From: a virus
Lineage: Duplodnaviria; Heunggongvirae; Uroviricota; Caudoviricetes
Reading direction: 5' to 3' (one strand)
Virus record (IMG/VR): IMGVR_UViG_3300021255_000114
Location: 295,942 to 359,941 of that record
DNA length: 64,000 nucleotides
The translations under genes were made by a program, and so were the position numbers. Positions within the stretch are counted from its first letter, which is position 1. Each line of letters begins with the position of its first letter. The notes below the pieces were generated by a model. That model was not told the origin of the DNA. It did not search any database and saw only the letters and a list, made by a program, of their open reading frames with translations. Shown piece after piece: positions 25,571-36,292 of this stretch.

Positions 25571-25987
25571 ATGTGGAACATTAAAAAAATAAAAAAGACT
25601 TTCGATATAGTTGGCCTTTACAATGAATTCAATGCCAAATATTTCGGAAATAAACTGGGTGAATGCAAGTTTGAAGACTCAACAGATCCGTGTGATTATA
25701 TTCCGGCTGTTGCTGCCATTGAATACAAGAATAGGAGAAACGGCGCCAAAGCGGCGACCATCACCTTCAATTCAAGGGTTGATTGGGATGAATGTTCCAT
25801 ACGTCAAGTTTTATTGCATGAACTCATACATTTCTATGTTTTTACCATACTTGGATTCTGTCCGTGTTTCCAGCATGGCCTCTTCTTTACCATAAACATG
25901 TTGCGTATCAACATTATGCATAATGAGCATGTGAGGATGTTTTGGCATGGAGAAAAAATAACATGGTCGAAGGATCGGCCATGTTAA
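25571..25987 (+). CDS. SprT-like zinc metalloprotease
   Basis: LYNEFNAKYF..L, then VLLHELIHF (HExxH) and HGLFF. Confidence 0.75.
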   Translation: MWNIKKIKKTFDIVGLYNEFNAKYFGNKLGECKFEDSTDPCDYIPAVAAIEYKNRRNGAKAATITFNSRVDWDECSIRQVLLHELIHFYVFTILGFCPCFQHGLFFTINMLRINIMHNEHVRMFWHGEKITWSKDRPC

Positions 25988-26017
25988 ATTTTTCCTATTA
26001 TATGGTCTCAAAAAAAA

Positions 26018-26425
26018 CTATTTAATGCGTTGACCGCCGTTCTGTTTCATGGTATTCGTTATGTTTCTGCGCATTCCGGAAAGACCTCCGAAATTGGATA
26101 GCAACTCATTGACTGTAATATCCCCATTAATGCTGCCGTTTGAAACCAACTCTTGCAATTCTTGTCTGATTTTACCGATTTTATCATATTGGTTCTGATT
26201 GCGGAAATTCTCTTTTGCGGCGTTAAACTTGTTGCTGATGGTTTGCGTTGATTTTTGGAAAGCATTACCCTCGGCTCCTTTGGTTTGATTGCCTTTAAAT
26301 GCTGACCATGCGGCACGCATATTTTTACCAAGTCCCTCATTTTCTTCCTCGTTAAGAACTTCTTGGACACATTCATTGATGAGATTGCGAAGTTCACTTT
26401 CGTTGAGTGTATAACTTTGTTTCAT
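26018..26425 (-). CDS. Hypothetical late protein with 'TLNESELRNLINE' tag
   Basis: 135-aa ORF; TATTTAT upstream on minus (~26458-26464). Confidence 0.8.
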   Translation of the reverse strand: MKQSYTLNESELRNLINECVQEVLNEEENEGLGKNMRAAWSAFKGNQTKGAEGNAFQKSTQTISNKFNAAKENFRNQNQYDKIGKIRQELQELVSNGSINGDITVNELLSNFGGLSGMRRNITNTMKQNGGQRIK

Positions 26426-26540
26426 ATTATTCGTCTTTTTTTTTGGCGTTATTTTGTTTATAAATAGTCTCTGTGAGGAAAAGATATTTTGGATAATATT
26501 TATATAGTAAGAATAACAAAAAAGAAAACAAAGAAATATT

Positions 26541-27035
26541 ATGATTAATAATCAAATTTTTGCATGGGAGAATTATGAAGAGAATCCCGATAAAATGATC
26601 GGAGTAGATACTATTCCGACACAGAAAGATGCTACTTATAACGAAGTTTCTAAGGGTGTTTTCACCGGTAGCATGCTTGAGAGTTTCTTCACCAACGTTG
26701 ATAAGGCTACCGTTCCGCAGGTTGCTTCAGTAATCGGTATGGAACCGGGTGAAATTATTTACGGTAGTAAAGAGGGTATGGTTATGGTTAACAAAACCTA
26801 TGATTTTACATCGTATGCAGAAGATCAAACGACCGTCTATGGAACCGGTAAGGCTAAAGTACTTTTTGCTGATGACAATAAAACCTACATTAAGGTTGTC
26901 GAAAACAGTGTGGCCGGTTGGACTGACCGCGTATTTTACGTTAATAGTACTGAAGTGACCACGGATTTCATGGAACTTATTGACGCAAGTACAAATGAAT
27001 CTCTTACCCCAAAAGTATATGTGAAAATTAACTAA
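26541..27035 (+). CDS. Hypothetical late, possibly virion, protein
   Basis: 164-aa ORF; TATTTAT at 26497; codon usage like the capsid gene. Confidence 0.8.
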   Translation: MINNQIFAWENYEENPDKMIGVDTIPTQKDATYNEVSKGVFTGSMLESFFTNVDKATVPQVASVIGMEPGEIIYGSKEGMVMVNKTYDFTSYAEDQTTVYGTGKAKVLFADDNKTYIKVVENSVAGWTDRVFYVNSTEVTTDFMELIDASTNESLTPKVYVKIN

Positions 27036-28819
27036 TCCAAAGACGCTAATAACTCATCAAGCGAGGTTTCTTCTTCAGGAGCCTCGTTTTTATTTATATA
27101 GACCACATTGTCGTTGGCATGTCTATCCTCAATTTCCGTTGCGGCTTTGAGCCTGAATTTCGCAAAATTCGCGGAAGAGTTATCTTCTGTCAATGGTATT
27201 CCAAGTACCCTGCACACCTGCTTTTCAATGAATGCAATATCATTTACAATATCATCATCATTAAGGGATGAACCGGCCGGCGGAACTTCAATTTCAGAAA
27301 TAAATCCGAGTTTGTGTTTAGCTCTGGTGTAGGCAACATATATTAAATTTTCCTCCTGTAATTTTTCCCAATCCTTCTTTGCTCGTTTTGGGGGCATGGT
27401 GCTTCTACATATAATGAAAACATTATCCGACTCAAGACCCTTTGCCTTATGGATGGTTGAAAGGCATACACCCTTTCCTTCATCTTGGAATATTTTCTCT
27501 ATCTTTGAAATAATTTCGATAGTTGTTTTGCAACCTTCAGATAGAGTTATGATAACATTAATCATATCATATAACTCCATAACAGGGTTTGACAACGAAG
27601 CATCCCATATATCAAGATTATGCCTTGCCATCATATTATTACGAACGTCAATAAGACGAGCATAAAGACGTATAAATAGGCCATCTGTAATCATTTCACG
27701 GCCAATAACATTAGTTTCTTCTGATTCAATAAGTTGAATGAGGTTTGTTCCGATGTCTTTTCCTTTTATGTAGCAATTCACACCTTTTTTTATCAACCTT
27801 GTATATAGTCTTAATAAAGGTGCTTTTGAACGGCATAGAACCATGTCTCCATCTTTGACCTCATCAAGGTGACAGTCTTCAAGTATAAGCCCATCGGGAG
27901 CGTTTTCCCTGTATTGTATGTCGGGTACAAGTGTTTGTGAAAGTTCAATGATTTTTTTATCACATCGGTAACAGATAGGTAATTCGAAAACATGTGTGTT
28001 TGGGTAGCCCATTAGATAGTCAAATGCATCCGATGAACTTCCGGCAAAAAGATTGATTCGTTGAAAATCATCACCGACAGCAGTAAAGCGAGTTCCTCTT
28101 TTAAAGGTGCGAAGAAATAAATCCACGTATGCTTTTGAAGCGTCCTGAGCCTCGTCGAAGAATACCCAATCATACTGCAAGCCTTTTGGGGAAAGACCTA
28201 GTTCATATGGTAGCCAAACCATGTCACCATAGTCAATTGAATTTGTGTTTTTCTTGCCCCACTTCAAACATTTCAGAGTCACTTCACATTCATCGTGATG
28301 GTACGGTATATCATATTTTTCTGCGATGGATTGTATTTCAGATACTTTCTGGCAAAGATTCGAACGAGAGAAATTAATCAATTGACAGACATTTTCCACA
28401 TATTCCTCAAGGATATTCCTGTCAAGACCTTCACACTCCAGTTGTGATAGTTCACAAATATTGCTTTTTATGAAATTTCTGTACTTATATTCATCCACTT
28501 GAGGAGTGATTTCAAAATTACGCCTAATCATATCAAACCCCAAACTATGCACGGTTTTTACTTCACAATTTTGATACCCGGATAGTTTTCCTGTTAATTC
28601 TTCGACAATAGATTTATTAAACGCTATCATTAAGCAGCGTCTTGATTTGGGGATAAGTTTCATTGCAGCAACCATTGTTGCTGTTTTACCCGAACCGGCT
28701 TTTGCTTTCACTACCGCATTCCCTGTACCATGTTGTACAAACTCAAAAAATTCCTCTTGATATTTGGACGGTGTAAAACCGAAATCCACTTTTTTTGGCA
28801 TATTTTTTAAATAAGGCAA
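27032..28819 (-). CDS. UvrD/Rep-family SF1 DNA helicase
   Basis: AKAGSGKT Walker A, DEAQD, GDDFQRI and STIHKAKGLE motifs. Confidence 0.92.
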   Translation of the reverse strand: MPYLKNMPKKVDFGFTPSKYQEEFFEFVQHGTGNAVVKAKAGSGKTATMVAAMKLIPKSRRCLMIAFNKSIVEELTGKLSGYQNCEVKTVHSLGFDMIRRNFEITPQVDEYKYRNFIKSNICELSQLECEGLDRNILEEYVENVCQLINFSRSNLCQKVSEIQSIAEKYDIPYHHDECEVTLKCLKWGKKNTNSIDYGDMVWLPYELGLSPKGLQYDWVFFDEAQDASKAYVDLFLRTFKRGTRFTAVGDDFQRINLFAGSSSDAFDYLMGYPNTHVFELPICYRCDKKIIELSQTLVPDIQYRENAPDGLILEDCHLDEVKDGDMVLCRSKAPLLRLYTRLIKKGVNCYIKGKDIGTNLIQLIESEETNVIGREMITDGLFIRLYARLIDVRNNMMARHNLDIWDASLSNPVMELYDMINVIITLSEGCKTTIEIISKIEKIFQDEGKGVCLSTIHKAKGLESDNVFIICRSTMPPKRAKKDWEKLQEENLIYVAYTRAKHKLGFISEIEVPPAGSSLNDDDIVNDIAFIEKQVCRVLGIPLTEDNSSANFAKFRLKAATEIEDRHANDNVVYINKNEAPEEETSLDELLASLD

Positions 28820-29202
28820 AGTAATATTTGAATAACGTGTAGAAATTGGTCAATATAAAGTGATTGAATGTCACTGATATACGGTACTCTTTCGTCGGTT
28901 ATTCTTTTGGCTGAACCATCACATTCGATTATTGTAGCAGTTTTATTAGAAAGCGGCCATTTTTTATAAAGTCGACGGCATTTCCAATAGTCAATTACAA
29001 AATGTCCGGCCACCAGCATAATTACCTTCCACCAAGCAAAAAGGCCGAGTGGTATTAAGACAATTGAAAGCCCTAATCCCCAAATTGCACAATGGACAAA
29101 AAGTATGTAGTTGTTTTTCTGTTTCCATTCAGCAAGGAATGAACCTTGAAGTGGGTAGTCCAACACGAGGTTGGAGAAATAGAGTATAATAAAATTTAAC
29201 AT
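28807..29202 (-). CDS. DUF3307-like membrane protein
   Basis: DYPLQ, VHCAIW, HFVIDYWK and DQFLH motifs with hydrophobic segments. Confidence 0.7.
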   Translation of the reverse strand: MLNFIILYFSNLVLDYPLQGSFLAEWKQKNNYILFVHCAIWGLGLSIVLIPLGLFAWWKVIMLVAGHFVIDYWKCRRLYKKWPLSNKTATIIECDGSAKRITDERVPYISDIQSLYIDQFLHVIQILLCLI

Positions 29203-31115
29203 ATTTCTTCTCCGTATGTTTTTATTGTTTTACCAAGTTTTTTGGCATTTTGCATTTTAGAACTGTTGCTATTGATATCGTCTGTAATAAGGTAGTCACA
29301 GGCTTTAATTGAAACTTCTTCGATTGCATATCCCTTTTGTTTAAGTTCCTCGATGTATTCAGCTTTTGTCGCATAACCAAATTGTTTAGGTGAACCTGTT
29401 AATGTGAGTTTCAGTAATCTACATGCCTGTTCCTCATGAAAGATTACTTTAATACCGTTCTCTTCGACTGCTTTTACAATTTCCATAATATGGTTGAATT
29501 TTTTGTCACCTTCATCCCAACCATCAACAACCGCTTTTTCAAGACCGGTAAAATCATAAGTGCAACCGGATAATTTTTTACCAATTTCTTTAATCGTTTT
29601 TCCGTCATTGGATATTCCATCGTAAGAACAGAGCGCAATAATCTGTTCAATGGTTATTTCTTTTATTTTTGACAGTTCTTCGAGGAAATTGTCCCAAACC
29701 TTAGACGTTAAGTCGTTTGCTGACAAATCCTGACTTATTTGAGAAATTGGGGTTGTCAGGTATGAATAAGTTTCGTATTCAAGACTAGCATATAGTTCCT
29801 CCATCATAGACGGACCAAGTCCATAAAGTTTCAATGCTGACAATCCGTTAATGAATTTCTGTAAGCGTTTACCGAAACAATCATCGTTTGGGCATTGTAT
29901 GTGTTTACCGTTTATGACTACCAAATTGCTTCCGCAATACGAGCAGTTAAAATTACCAATGATATCGTATGGCTCTTCGCTTGGTGCAACAACGTTGACA
30001 ATTTGCGGGATAATATCACCTGATTTGACAAGTGACACTATTGAACCAATATTGAGATTATTATTCTGAATAAACGAGTAGTTATATGCACTTGCTTTGG
30101 ATACGATGGACCCATCAAGATTAACCGGTTTAAGTAGTGCAACAGGTGTAAATGTACCCGTCTTACCCATATTCATTTCAAAACCAACCACTTCGGTTAC
30201 ACAATCTTCTGGTTTGAATTTAACAGCGATAGCCCAAAGTGGATGATGTGCCACCTCACCGAGCGCATCCCTGTAATCAGCGGCAAGTTTGAATACCATT
30301 CCGTCAACACGGTATTTGCTTTCCTCGTATTTGAAATCCTCATATTGGGAGAACAAAGTATTAAACAGATGTTCGAAGCCATTTTCGCAGTGAGCAAATG
30401 CGGTGTATGTTTGAAATAGTTCATTGTAGTGTTTAAATCCCCAATCCTTAATTTCTATGATGTTATGATAAATAACGTTACCTTCAACAACTTGGTGATA
30501 CTCAACCGGTACTAGGTCGATTTCAGAACGTTGTTCTGTTGTATAATCGTCTGAATTAAGTACACCGGCCACATAATTGCGTTCGTTACTGAATTTATCT
30601 GCGTATTTTTTTGCGAACGTATCCTTTGCAATAACAGCCTCACAACGTATTTCGACGATGCTATTGGTGATTGGTATGCGTTGTGGAATTTGCTTCAAAT
30701 CGATTTTGGATAGGTAATCCCTTCCATATTCTCCGTCGCCACGGGATAATGCGTGTATAAGTGATCCGTTTTCATAGACAAGGTTAACTGCATTACCATC
30801 AAGTTTCTGACCTACTTCAACGGATACGGCGTATTCTCCACACTTATCCATTGCATCAAACATCCATTTCTTGAATTCGGCTACGGGTGCTTCACCGGTT
30901 GTTTTATTAGCCTGTATCTTTTCAAGGGAACGCATTGGGGATGGGTGTTTGATTTTTGCCTTCCTATCCCAACTGCCGACAATACCAACAACACTTGACC
31001 CTTCGGATTTTAGTTTTTGTTCAAGTTCGTCGAATTCACTGTCAGTCATGATAGGCTGGTCATTGTAATAGGTATCTTTTGCCTTAAGATAGAGTTCTTC
31101 TAATGTATTTTTCAT
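29196..31115 (-). CDS. ligA: NAD-dependent DNA ligase
   Basis: Y...P.MTDSEFD, H.SPMRSL, KLDG, SRGDGEYG, DGMVFK, AVKF, GDIIP, C4 Zn finger and BRCT C-terminus. Confidence 0.95.
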   Translation of the reverse strand: MKNTLEELYLKAKDTYYNDQPIMTDSEFDELEQKLKSEGSSVVGIVGSWDRKAKIKHPSPMRSLEKIQANKTTGEAPVAEFKKWMFDAMDKCGEYAVSVEVGQKLDGNAVNLVYENGSLIHALSRGDGEYGRDYLSKIDLKQIPQRIPITNSIVEIRCEAVIAKDTFAKKYADKFSNERNYVAGVLNSDDYTTEQRSEIDLVPVEYHQVVEGNVIYHNIIEIKDWGFKHYNELFQTYTAFAHCENGFEHLFNTLFSQYEDFKYEESKYRVDGMVFKLAADYRDALGEVAHHPLWAIAVKFKPEDCVTEVVGFEMNMGKTGTFTPVALLKPVNLDGSIVSKASAYNYSFIQNNNLNIGSIVSLVKSGDIIPQIVNVVAPSEEPYDIIGNFNCSYCGSNLVVINGKHIQCPNDDCFGKRLQKFINGLSALKLYGLGPSMMEELYASLEYETYSYLTTPISQISQDLSANDLTSKVWDNFLEELSKIKEITIEQIIALCSYDGISNDGKTIKEIGKKLSGCTYDFTGLEKAVVDGWDEGDKKFNHIMEIVKAVEENGIKVIFHEEQACRLLKLTLTGSPKQFGYATKAEYIEELKQKGYAIEEVSIKACDYLITDDINSNSSKMQNAKKLGKTIKTYGEEIC

Positions 31116-31137
31116 TTAATTAATGTCTATCAAACCG

Positions 31138-31668
31138 TTATACCAATTCCTCCTTTTCGAAATCATCTGCTGTTCCAAGTGGTTCGTTCAGTTCTGATAC
31201 TGAATAAAGGAGGTGCATGGAACTGAACAAGTTTACAATAGAAACTTGACCTTCGATGCCTTCGTAAATTGTTTTATCGTTCAGTTTAAGCCTGAATTCA
31301 CCGGTTTTTTCATTAATCTCCATATGATAGGATAAATTAGTAAGGGCTTCTTCTATCTCCTTATTCTCATCCATAAAGGATTTTTTCAATTCCTCGAGTT
31401 TGTCAAGGTTTGTGTCAGTAAGCCTTACTCCTTTGTAGTTTTTAACAATATGGCGGTTGAATTGTTCACCATTTGATTCCGCCCCTTTGGAAAACATAAG
31501 ATAGTCATTTGCGGACACATCTTTATAGATATAAGTCCTGCCCCCTTTAAAGACCACCTTCAGTACTTTCTTATCACCTTCGTTGTCATAACAGGCTGTA
31601 TAGACAAGGTTACTGCTGTCATACCATGTATGGTCTACTTTGTTTACGTATTTGTTATATGTTACCAT
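31138..31668 (-). CDS. KTSC domain protein
   Basis: SSNL....YD....LKVVFKGG.TYIY.DV....Y..F..AES.G..FN pattern. Confidence 0.75.
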   Translation of the reverse strand: MVTYNKYVNKVDHTWYDSSNLVYTACYDNEGDKKVLKVVFKGGRTYIYKDVSANDYLMFSKGAESNGEQFNRHIVKNYKGVRLTDTNLDKLEELKKSFMDENKEIEEALTNLSYHMEINEKTGEFRLKLNDKTIYEGIEGQVSIVNLFSSMHLLYSVSELNEPLGTADDFEKEELV

Positions 31669-31760
31669 ATTATGTAATATTTCAATGCAAATATACTATT
31701 TTTGATTTGATTTTTACCATTCCTTTTATTATATTATGATATAAAGAATTCGAGAAAAAC

Positions 31761-34202
31761 ATGGCTGATAAATATACGTTTACGAATGAAGCGAAGGCCG
31801 TATTCAATTATATAAAAAAGGAACTTATCGGGCGTTTTCCCACGTCTGTTATCAACACACGATACTACATATACTCCATAATGTGCAATAAAACATGCAC
31901 GGCTTACAAAGCATTGGAGAAGATATTGATAAGTGAAAATATTGAAGCAATTGAGGATGCATGTCACAGTGAGTTGTCGTGGTGCGGAAATAACGGAAGT
32001 CTCTCTGATCCGAAATATGATAGCATTTATGACACATGTCTCACCGAATGCGGTGGTGAAATCATAGATTCGTGTAATTTTCTCATTTCAATGATAAACA
32101 ACGACAAAGATACGGCCAAATTTTTCAATAAATTCGGCGTAACTTCATCTGAATTGAGGGAAAACAAACCACGGGTTGAGGAAGTAATGACTATTGAGAA
32201 GCCAAAAGAAGCAAAACGTATAAAGAAAGAACTTGAAGAACCAAAGAAGAAACTCTCCCCACAAAAGCAGAACTATGACAATACCGAAGTCGAGAAAAAC
32301 CTAATCAACATTAGCAAAATGGCTGACGAGGGAAAACTTGATGAAGCAATTGGGAATGATGAAGTGATAAACAAGATATTTACGGCGCTTCTTAAAAGAG
32401 ACAGGAATAATGTTATTCTTGTGGGTGATTCCGGTAGCGGAAAGACGTGTACTGTTCAACACATTGCCAACTTAATAAGCGAGGGTAATGTTCCAAAATA
32501 TTTTACAAATAAACGATTGATGCGTATGGATTTCATGTCACTCTTATCCGGAACCGGGTTTCGCGGTGGATTTGAGTCGAAGTACCAAGGTATAATCGAG
32601 GCCGCAAAAAAAAGCGGGCGCTACATATTTTTCCTTGATGACATTCAATCGATATTATCACCAAATAGCAAATTCAGTGAGGTGTCAACCGATGTCCTGC
32701 TTGAAGATATATTAAACAACAAGAACATCATGTTCATTGCTACGACAACGCACGATGGGTATTCCAAATACATTAACGGAAACAAATCATTGTCGCGTAG
32801 ATTCGAGAAAATCACACTGGAGGATAAGAAGGGTGATGAACTTGCTAAAATTATCACTAAAGTTTCACAAAAATACGAAAAGTTCCATAATGTAAAATAC
32901 ACTGCTGAAGTGATAGACAAAGCTATTGAATTGTCTGAGCGTTTTCTTGGTGGAAGCAATATCTACACAGTAACGGATATTTTGGATGGTTCAGCGGCGA
33001 ATGAACTAATCAAACACGGAAAAGACAAGAAACTCTATCAGTTGAAAGCCGAACTTGACGAAATTAACGGGCAGATTGATGAATTCAAAGGCACGAGTAA
33101 ATCATATGATTTATATGATGAATTATGTAGAAAACAGATTGAAAAACAAAGTGAAATAAACAAATACGAGAAAGAATCTAATCTCAATAGAAAAGCAATT
33201 CCGGTAACAATGGAGTCGCTTTATAAAACTGTTTCGGAGAAAACAAATATCCCGGTTGGAAACGTCAGTACTAGTGAACGTGATAGGTTAAAAAACATTG
33301 ATAAAATTATTTCATCTAAAGTAATCGGCCAAGACGAGGCAATTAAAACAATTTGTCGTGCAGTAAGACGACAACGGGTCGGATTAGGCAATCCTGACAG
33401 TCCTTGTGTGTTTTTGGCGGTTGGTACTTCCGGTTGTGGAAAAACTTATTTGGCAAAGAAGTTAAGTGAAGAGGTATTTGGTGACGAAAAAAGCATGGTT
33501 CGGCTTGATATGAGCGAGTATGCCGATAAAATAAGTGCAAATAAATTAATTGGTTCGAGTGCCGGTTATGTTGGATATGAAGAGGGTGGTTTGTTGACTG
33601 AGGCAATCAAGAAAAACAATCACTGTGTACTTTTGTTGGATGAAATTGAGAAAGCCAACGAGGAAATTTTCAATATGTTCCTGCAAGTGTTTGATGAGGG
33701 TAGACTTACTGACAATAAAGGTATCACTGTTGATTTTAGGAATGTTATCATTATTATGACCTCCAATATTGGAACGAGGGAAGCGAATGAGCAGAAGCCG
33801 CCGATTGGATTCGGCGAACGAAAGGAAGAGACACAAAACAACGATATTATAATGAAGGTTATTAAGAAAAAACTTCCTCCTGAGTTTATCAATCGCATTG
33901 ATGAAATTGTTTTTTTTAACAAACTAACTGATGATAATTTACATGATATTATCAAGATTGAAATCGGAAAGGTTGAGAATCGTGTGAAAAGAATGGGCTA
34001 TGATTTTGATGATTCAATTAAGAAGGGAAAACTTGTTGATAGTATTTTCAATGAGGTGAAAAAGGAAAGTGAATATGGGGCCCGCCCTATACTTCGTGAA
34101 ATACAACGCCAACTTGAGGATAAATTAACGGATTTTCTGTTGGATAACAATGTGAAAAAAGGATATACCTTCACATATACTGATATTTATAAAGAAAGAT
34201 AA
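31761..34202 (+). CDS. Clp/Hsp100 AAA+ ATPase (ClpB/ClpC-like)
   Basis: Two AAA modules: GDSGSGKT and GTSGCGKT, RLDMSEY, LLDEIEKA, GRLTD, PEFINRID, YGARP. Confidence 0.95.
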   Translation: MADKYTFTNEAKAVFNYIKKELIGRFPTSVINTRYYIYSIMCNKTCTAYKALEKILISENIEAIEDACHSELSWCGNNGSLSDPKYDSIYDTCLTECGGEIIDSCNFLISMINNDKDTAKFFNKFGVTSSELRENKPRVEEVMTIEKPKEAKRIKKELEEPKKKLSPQKQNYDNTEVEKNLINISKMADEGKLDEAIGNDEVINKIFTALLKRDRNNVILVGDSGSGKTCTVQHIANLISEGNVPKYFTNKRLMRMDFMSLLSGTGFRGGFESKYQGIIEAAKKSGRYIFFLDDIQSILSPNSKFSEVSTDVLLEDILNNKNIMFIATTTHDGYSKYINGNKSLSRRFEKITLEDKKGDELAKIITKVSQKYEKFHNVKYTAEVIDKAIELSERFLGGSNIYTVTDILDGSAANELIKHGKDKKLYQLKAELDEINGQIDEFKGTSKSYDLYDELCRKQIEKQSEINKYEKESNLNRKAIPVTMESLYKTVSEKTNIPVGNVSTSERDRLKNIDKIISSKVIGQDEAIKTICRAVRRQRVGLGNPDSPCVFLAVGTSGCGKTYLAKKLSEEVFGDEKSMVRLDMSEYADKISANKLIGSSAGYVGYEEGGLLTEAIKKNNHCVLLLDEIEKANEEIFNMFLQVFDEGRLTDNKGITVDFRNVIIIMTSNIGTREANEQKPPIGFGERKEETQNNDIIMKVIKKKLPPEFINRIDEIVFFNKLTDDNLHDIIKIEIGKVENRVKRMGYDFDDSIKKGKLVDSIFNEVKKESEYGARPILREIQRQLEDKLTDFLLDNNVKKGYTFTYTDIYKER

Positions 34203-34205
34203 AGT

Positions 34206-34601
34206 ATGGGAAAAAAGACAATATATTTAACTGAGGAACAGTATAAGGAGATTTATGAAACGGCGCTTCAGGAAGCGCTTATTGTAAACAATGAACTAGT
34301 TAAAACAATTGTAAAATACCTTAAGAAACATTTCAGACCTATTAAATATGATGATATTAATGCTGATGGGGAAGTTATACAGCCATATGCAATTCAGATG
34401 TTGAGTATGGACGGCGAACCATTACAGACAATCAGCATTGATGTTCTTACCGATAAAATTGACACTGTTTTTCAGAAAAAAATAAAGAATGATTCTGACA
34501 GAAAGAAATTTTATCGCCAAATCATTAATGATTGGATTAGTGGGAGGATTTCCAAGGAAGGTGTATTATCAGTCAATACAATAAAAGAAGGCGCCAAATA
34601 G
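34206..34601 (+). CDS. Hypothetical late protein with 'YLTEEQY' tag
   Basis: 131-aa ORF; TATTTAT at 34184. Confidence 0.8.
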   Translation: MGKKTIYLTEEQYKEIYETALQEALIVNNELVKTIVKYLKKHFRPIKYDDINADGEVIQPYAIQMLSMDGEPLQTISIDVLTDKIDTVFQKKIKNDSDRKKFYRQIINDWISGRISKEGVLSVNTIKEGAK

Positions 34602-34611
34602 ACGCCTTTTT

Positions 34612-35562
34612 CTATTCTAAATAGAATTTCAAGTTCTCATAAATTAATGGATTATAAAACACGAATCTGTTTCTGCAATAGTCGATGCCCATGCTGCTTC
34701 CAACTATGTTTTGGCTGAATTTGACGCGTTTTTCAAAATTGCTTGTATAATATGATATAATTCCATATTTTCTGAAGAGTTCTTTGTCTTTATTTTGTTC
34801 AAGTATCTCGTCAACCAGTTCATCACGCACCATCCCAAATTTAGTCTTGTGCTTCGTGTAATAATCATTTCCACTTAACAATATGGGGCAATCGTAACTT
34901 GAATGAAAGGCTTCATTAAACAATTCTGTAAAACTATCCGTTAGGGTTTCCTCCGAGGATTCATTAATGATGACATGTGACGCATCAAAATCCTGCCACC
35001 TTATGGAGGTTTCTGAAGAATGGTTTGAAATAACCTCAGATTGGGGTCTTACCATAAAAAAGCATTCTCCACCAATCATTTCAATTGCCTCACGTTCATT
35101 CGGAAACCTAACATCATCTACACAGATGTACTCTGCTGTCGATTTCATTATGTTTTCCTTTAGTTTTTCAACATGCCAATTGGGGTTGAATTTTCTGATA
35201 ATTTCTGTGCCAATGAACTGCATGATATCCCTAACATCATCCCAATTGCCTTTCTCCGTACATTTTTCACGGACAAAGTCATATGGTACTTTTGTTTCCT
35301 GTGAAATGAATTGTATATCATTTCCGGTAATATCATCGCATAATCTATAACCCATTCGTTTAAGATGATTCAATTCATCGACACTGGTAAAGGTATTCGG
35401 CCTCATACCACAAATAAGACGTTTCAGTGAACTTGCAACGGTTATGATTTCAGTATTGTATTTCTCCGCCATTGCCTTGGATAGTATTGATTTGCCACTG
35501 TTCAGTCTTCCACAAAACCCAATGACTGCCTTATACCTCTGGTGCATAGTCCGCTTCATCAT
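34612..35562 (-). CDS. Deoxynucleoside monophosphate kinase (T4 gp1-like) with C-terminal extension
   Basis: IGFCGRLNSGKS P-loop, RDIMQFIGTE, DDVRFPNE, HSSE. Confidence 0.85.
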   Translation of the reverse strand: MMKRTMHQRYKAVIGFCGRLNSGKSILSKAMAEKYNTEIITVASSLKRLICGMRPNTFTSVDELNHLKRMGYRLCDDITGNDIQFISQETKVPYDFVREKCTEKGNWDDVRDIMQFIGTEIIRKFNPNWHVEKLKENIMKSTAEYICVDDVRFPNEREAIEMIGGECFFMVRPQSEVISNHSSETSIRWQDFDASHVIINESSEETLTDSFTELFNEAFHSSYDCPILLSGNDYYTKHKTKFGMVRDELVDEILEQNKDKELFRKYGIISYYTSNFEKRVKFSQNIVGSSMGIDYCRNRFVFYNPLIYENLKFYLE

Positions 35563-35884
35563 TATCGCTATTATTTAGATCAGGAATTTCGGTATAATTA
35601 TCATACTCAAGCGTATTAATTTCTTTAATGATTTCTTTTAGAGTTGCAGTGTCTTTTTTATACTTCTTTGTATCTTTTTCATGATCAACAACGACTAGTT
35701 CGGTGTGACGGTCGCGTACGGTTTTTGTAATATTGCTTAATTTCAGGACTTCGTCATCAAATCTATAACCCTTTTTAATCATTTGGAATATTGACCCCTT
35801 GTCAATTAAATTACTTACTTGCTTGCCGTTATATTTATCGGCACTCTCAATTACGGAATTGTAGTGTAAAATATTTTGTTCCAT
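35531..35884 (-). CDS. Hypothetical protein
   Basis: 117-aa ORF; AGTATATTT motif upstream (~35975-35983). Confidence 0.75.
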   Translation of the reverse strand: MEQNILHYNSVIESADKYNGKQVSNLIDKGSIFQMIKKGYRFDDEVLKLSNITKTVRDRHTELVVVDHEKDTKKYKKDTATLKEIIKEINTLEYDNYTEIPDLNNSDNDEADYAPEV

Positions 35885-36292
35885 TATATTGTATTTTTCT
35901 TAATAATTTTCCACAGGCTTTATGCCCTGTTATTTGATAGCGGTGGGATGGTAATCATCTTCCTTATCTTTTCTAAATATACTATTTTTTTTTTTAATTT
36001 CCCTCACTCCAGTATGTTTTTTTTTCAATCAGCACCACAATTATCATCTGATAACGGTTACAAGCAAAGGAGAGAATAAAGTATATCCGGAACGGGCTGA
36101 AATTGTGGATAGTTGATGCAATATATGTTATAAAAAATTAAATTATGTCACAACTATGGAAATAGCGTGATATTTAATTAACATAAGACCACACACCGAG
36201 TGCGGGGAAGTTGCACGAATGATTCGCCACCCCCTTCGCGTAGTGTGGTTTTTTGAATTATAAACCTTTATATTTATAATAAAAGAACCTCA

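Noticed and set aside
36186-36255. Cobalamin, fluoride or c-di-GMP riboswitch
   Set aside because: It shares only short words (GGGAAG, GCCAC); the conserved cores and lengths do not match
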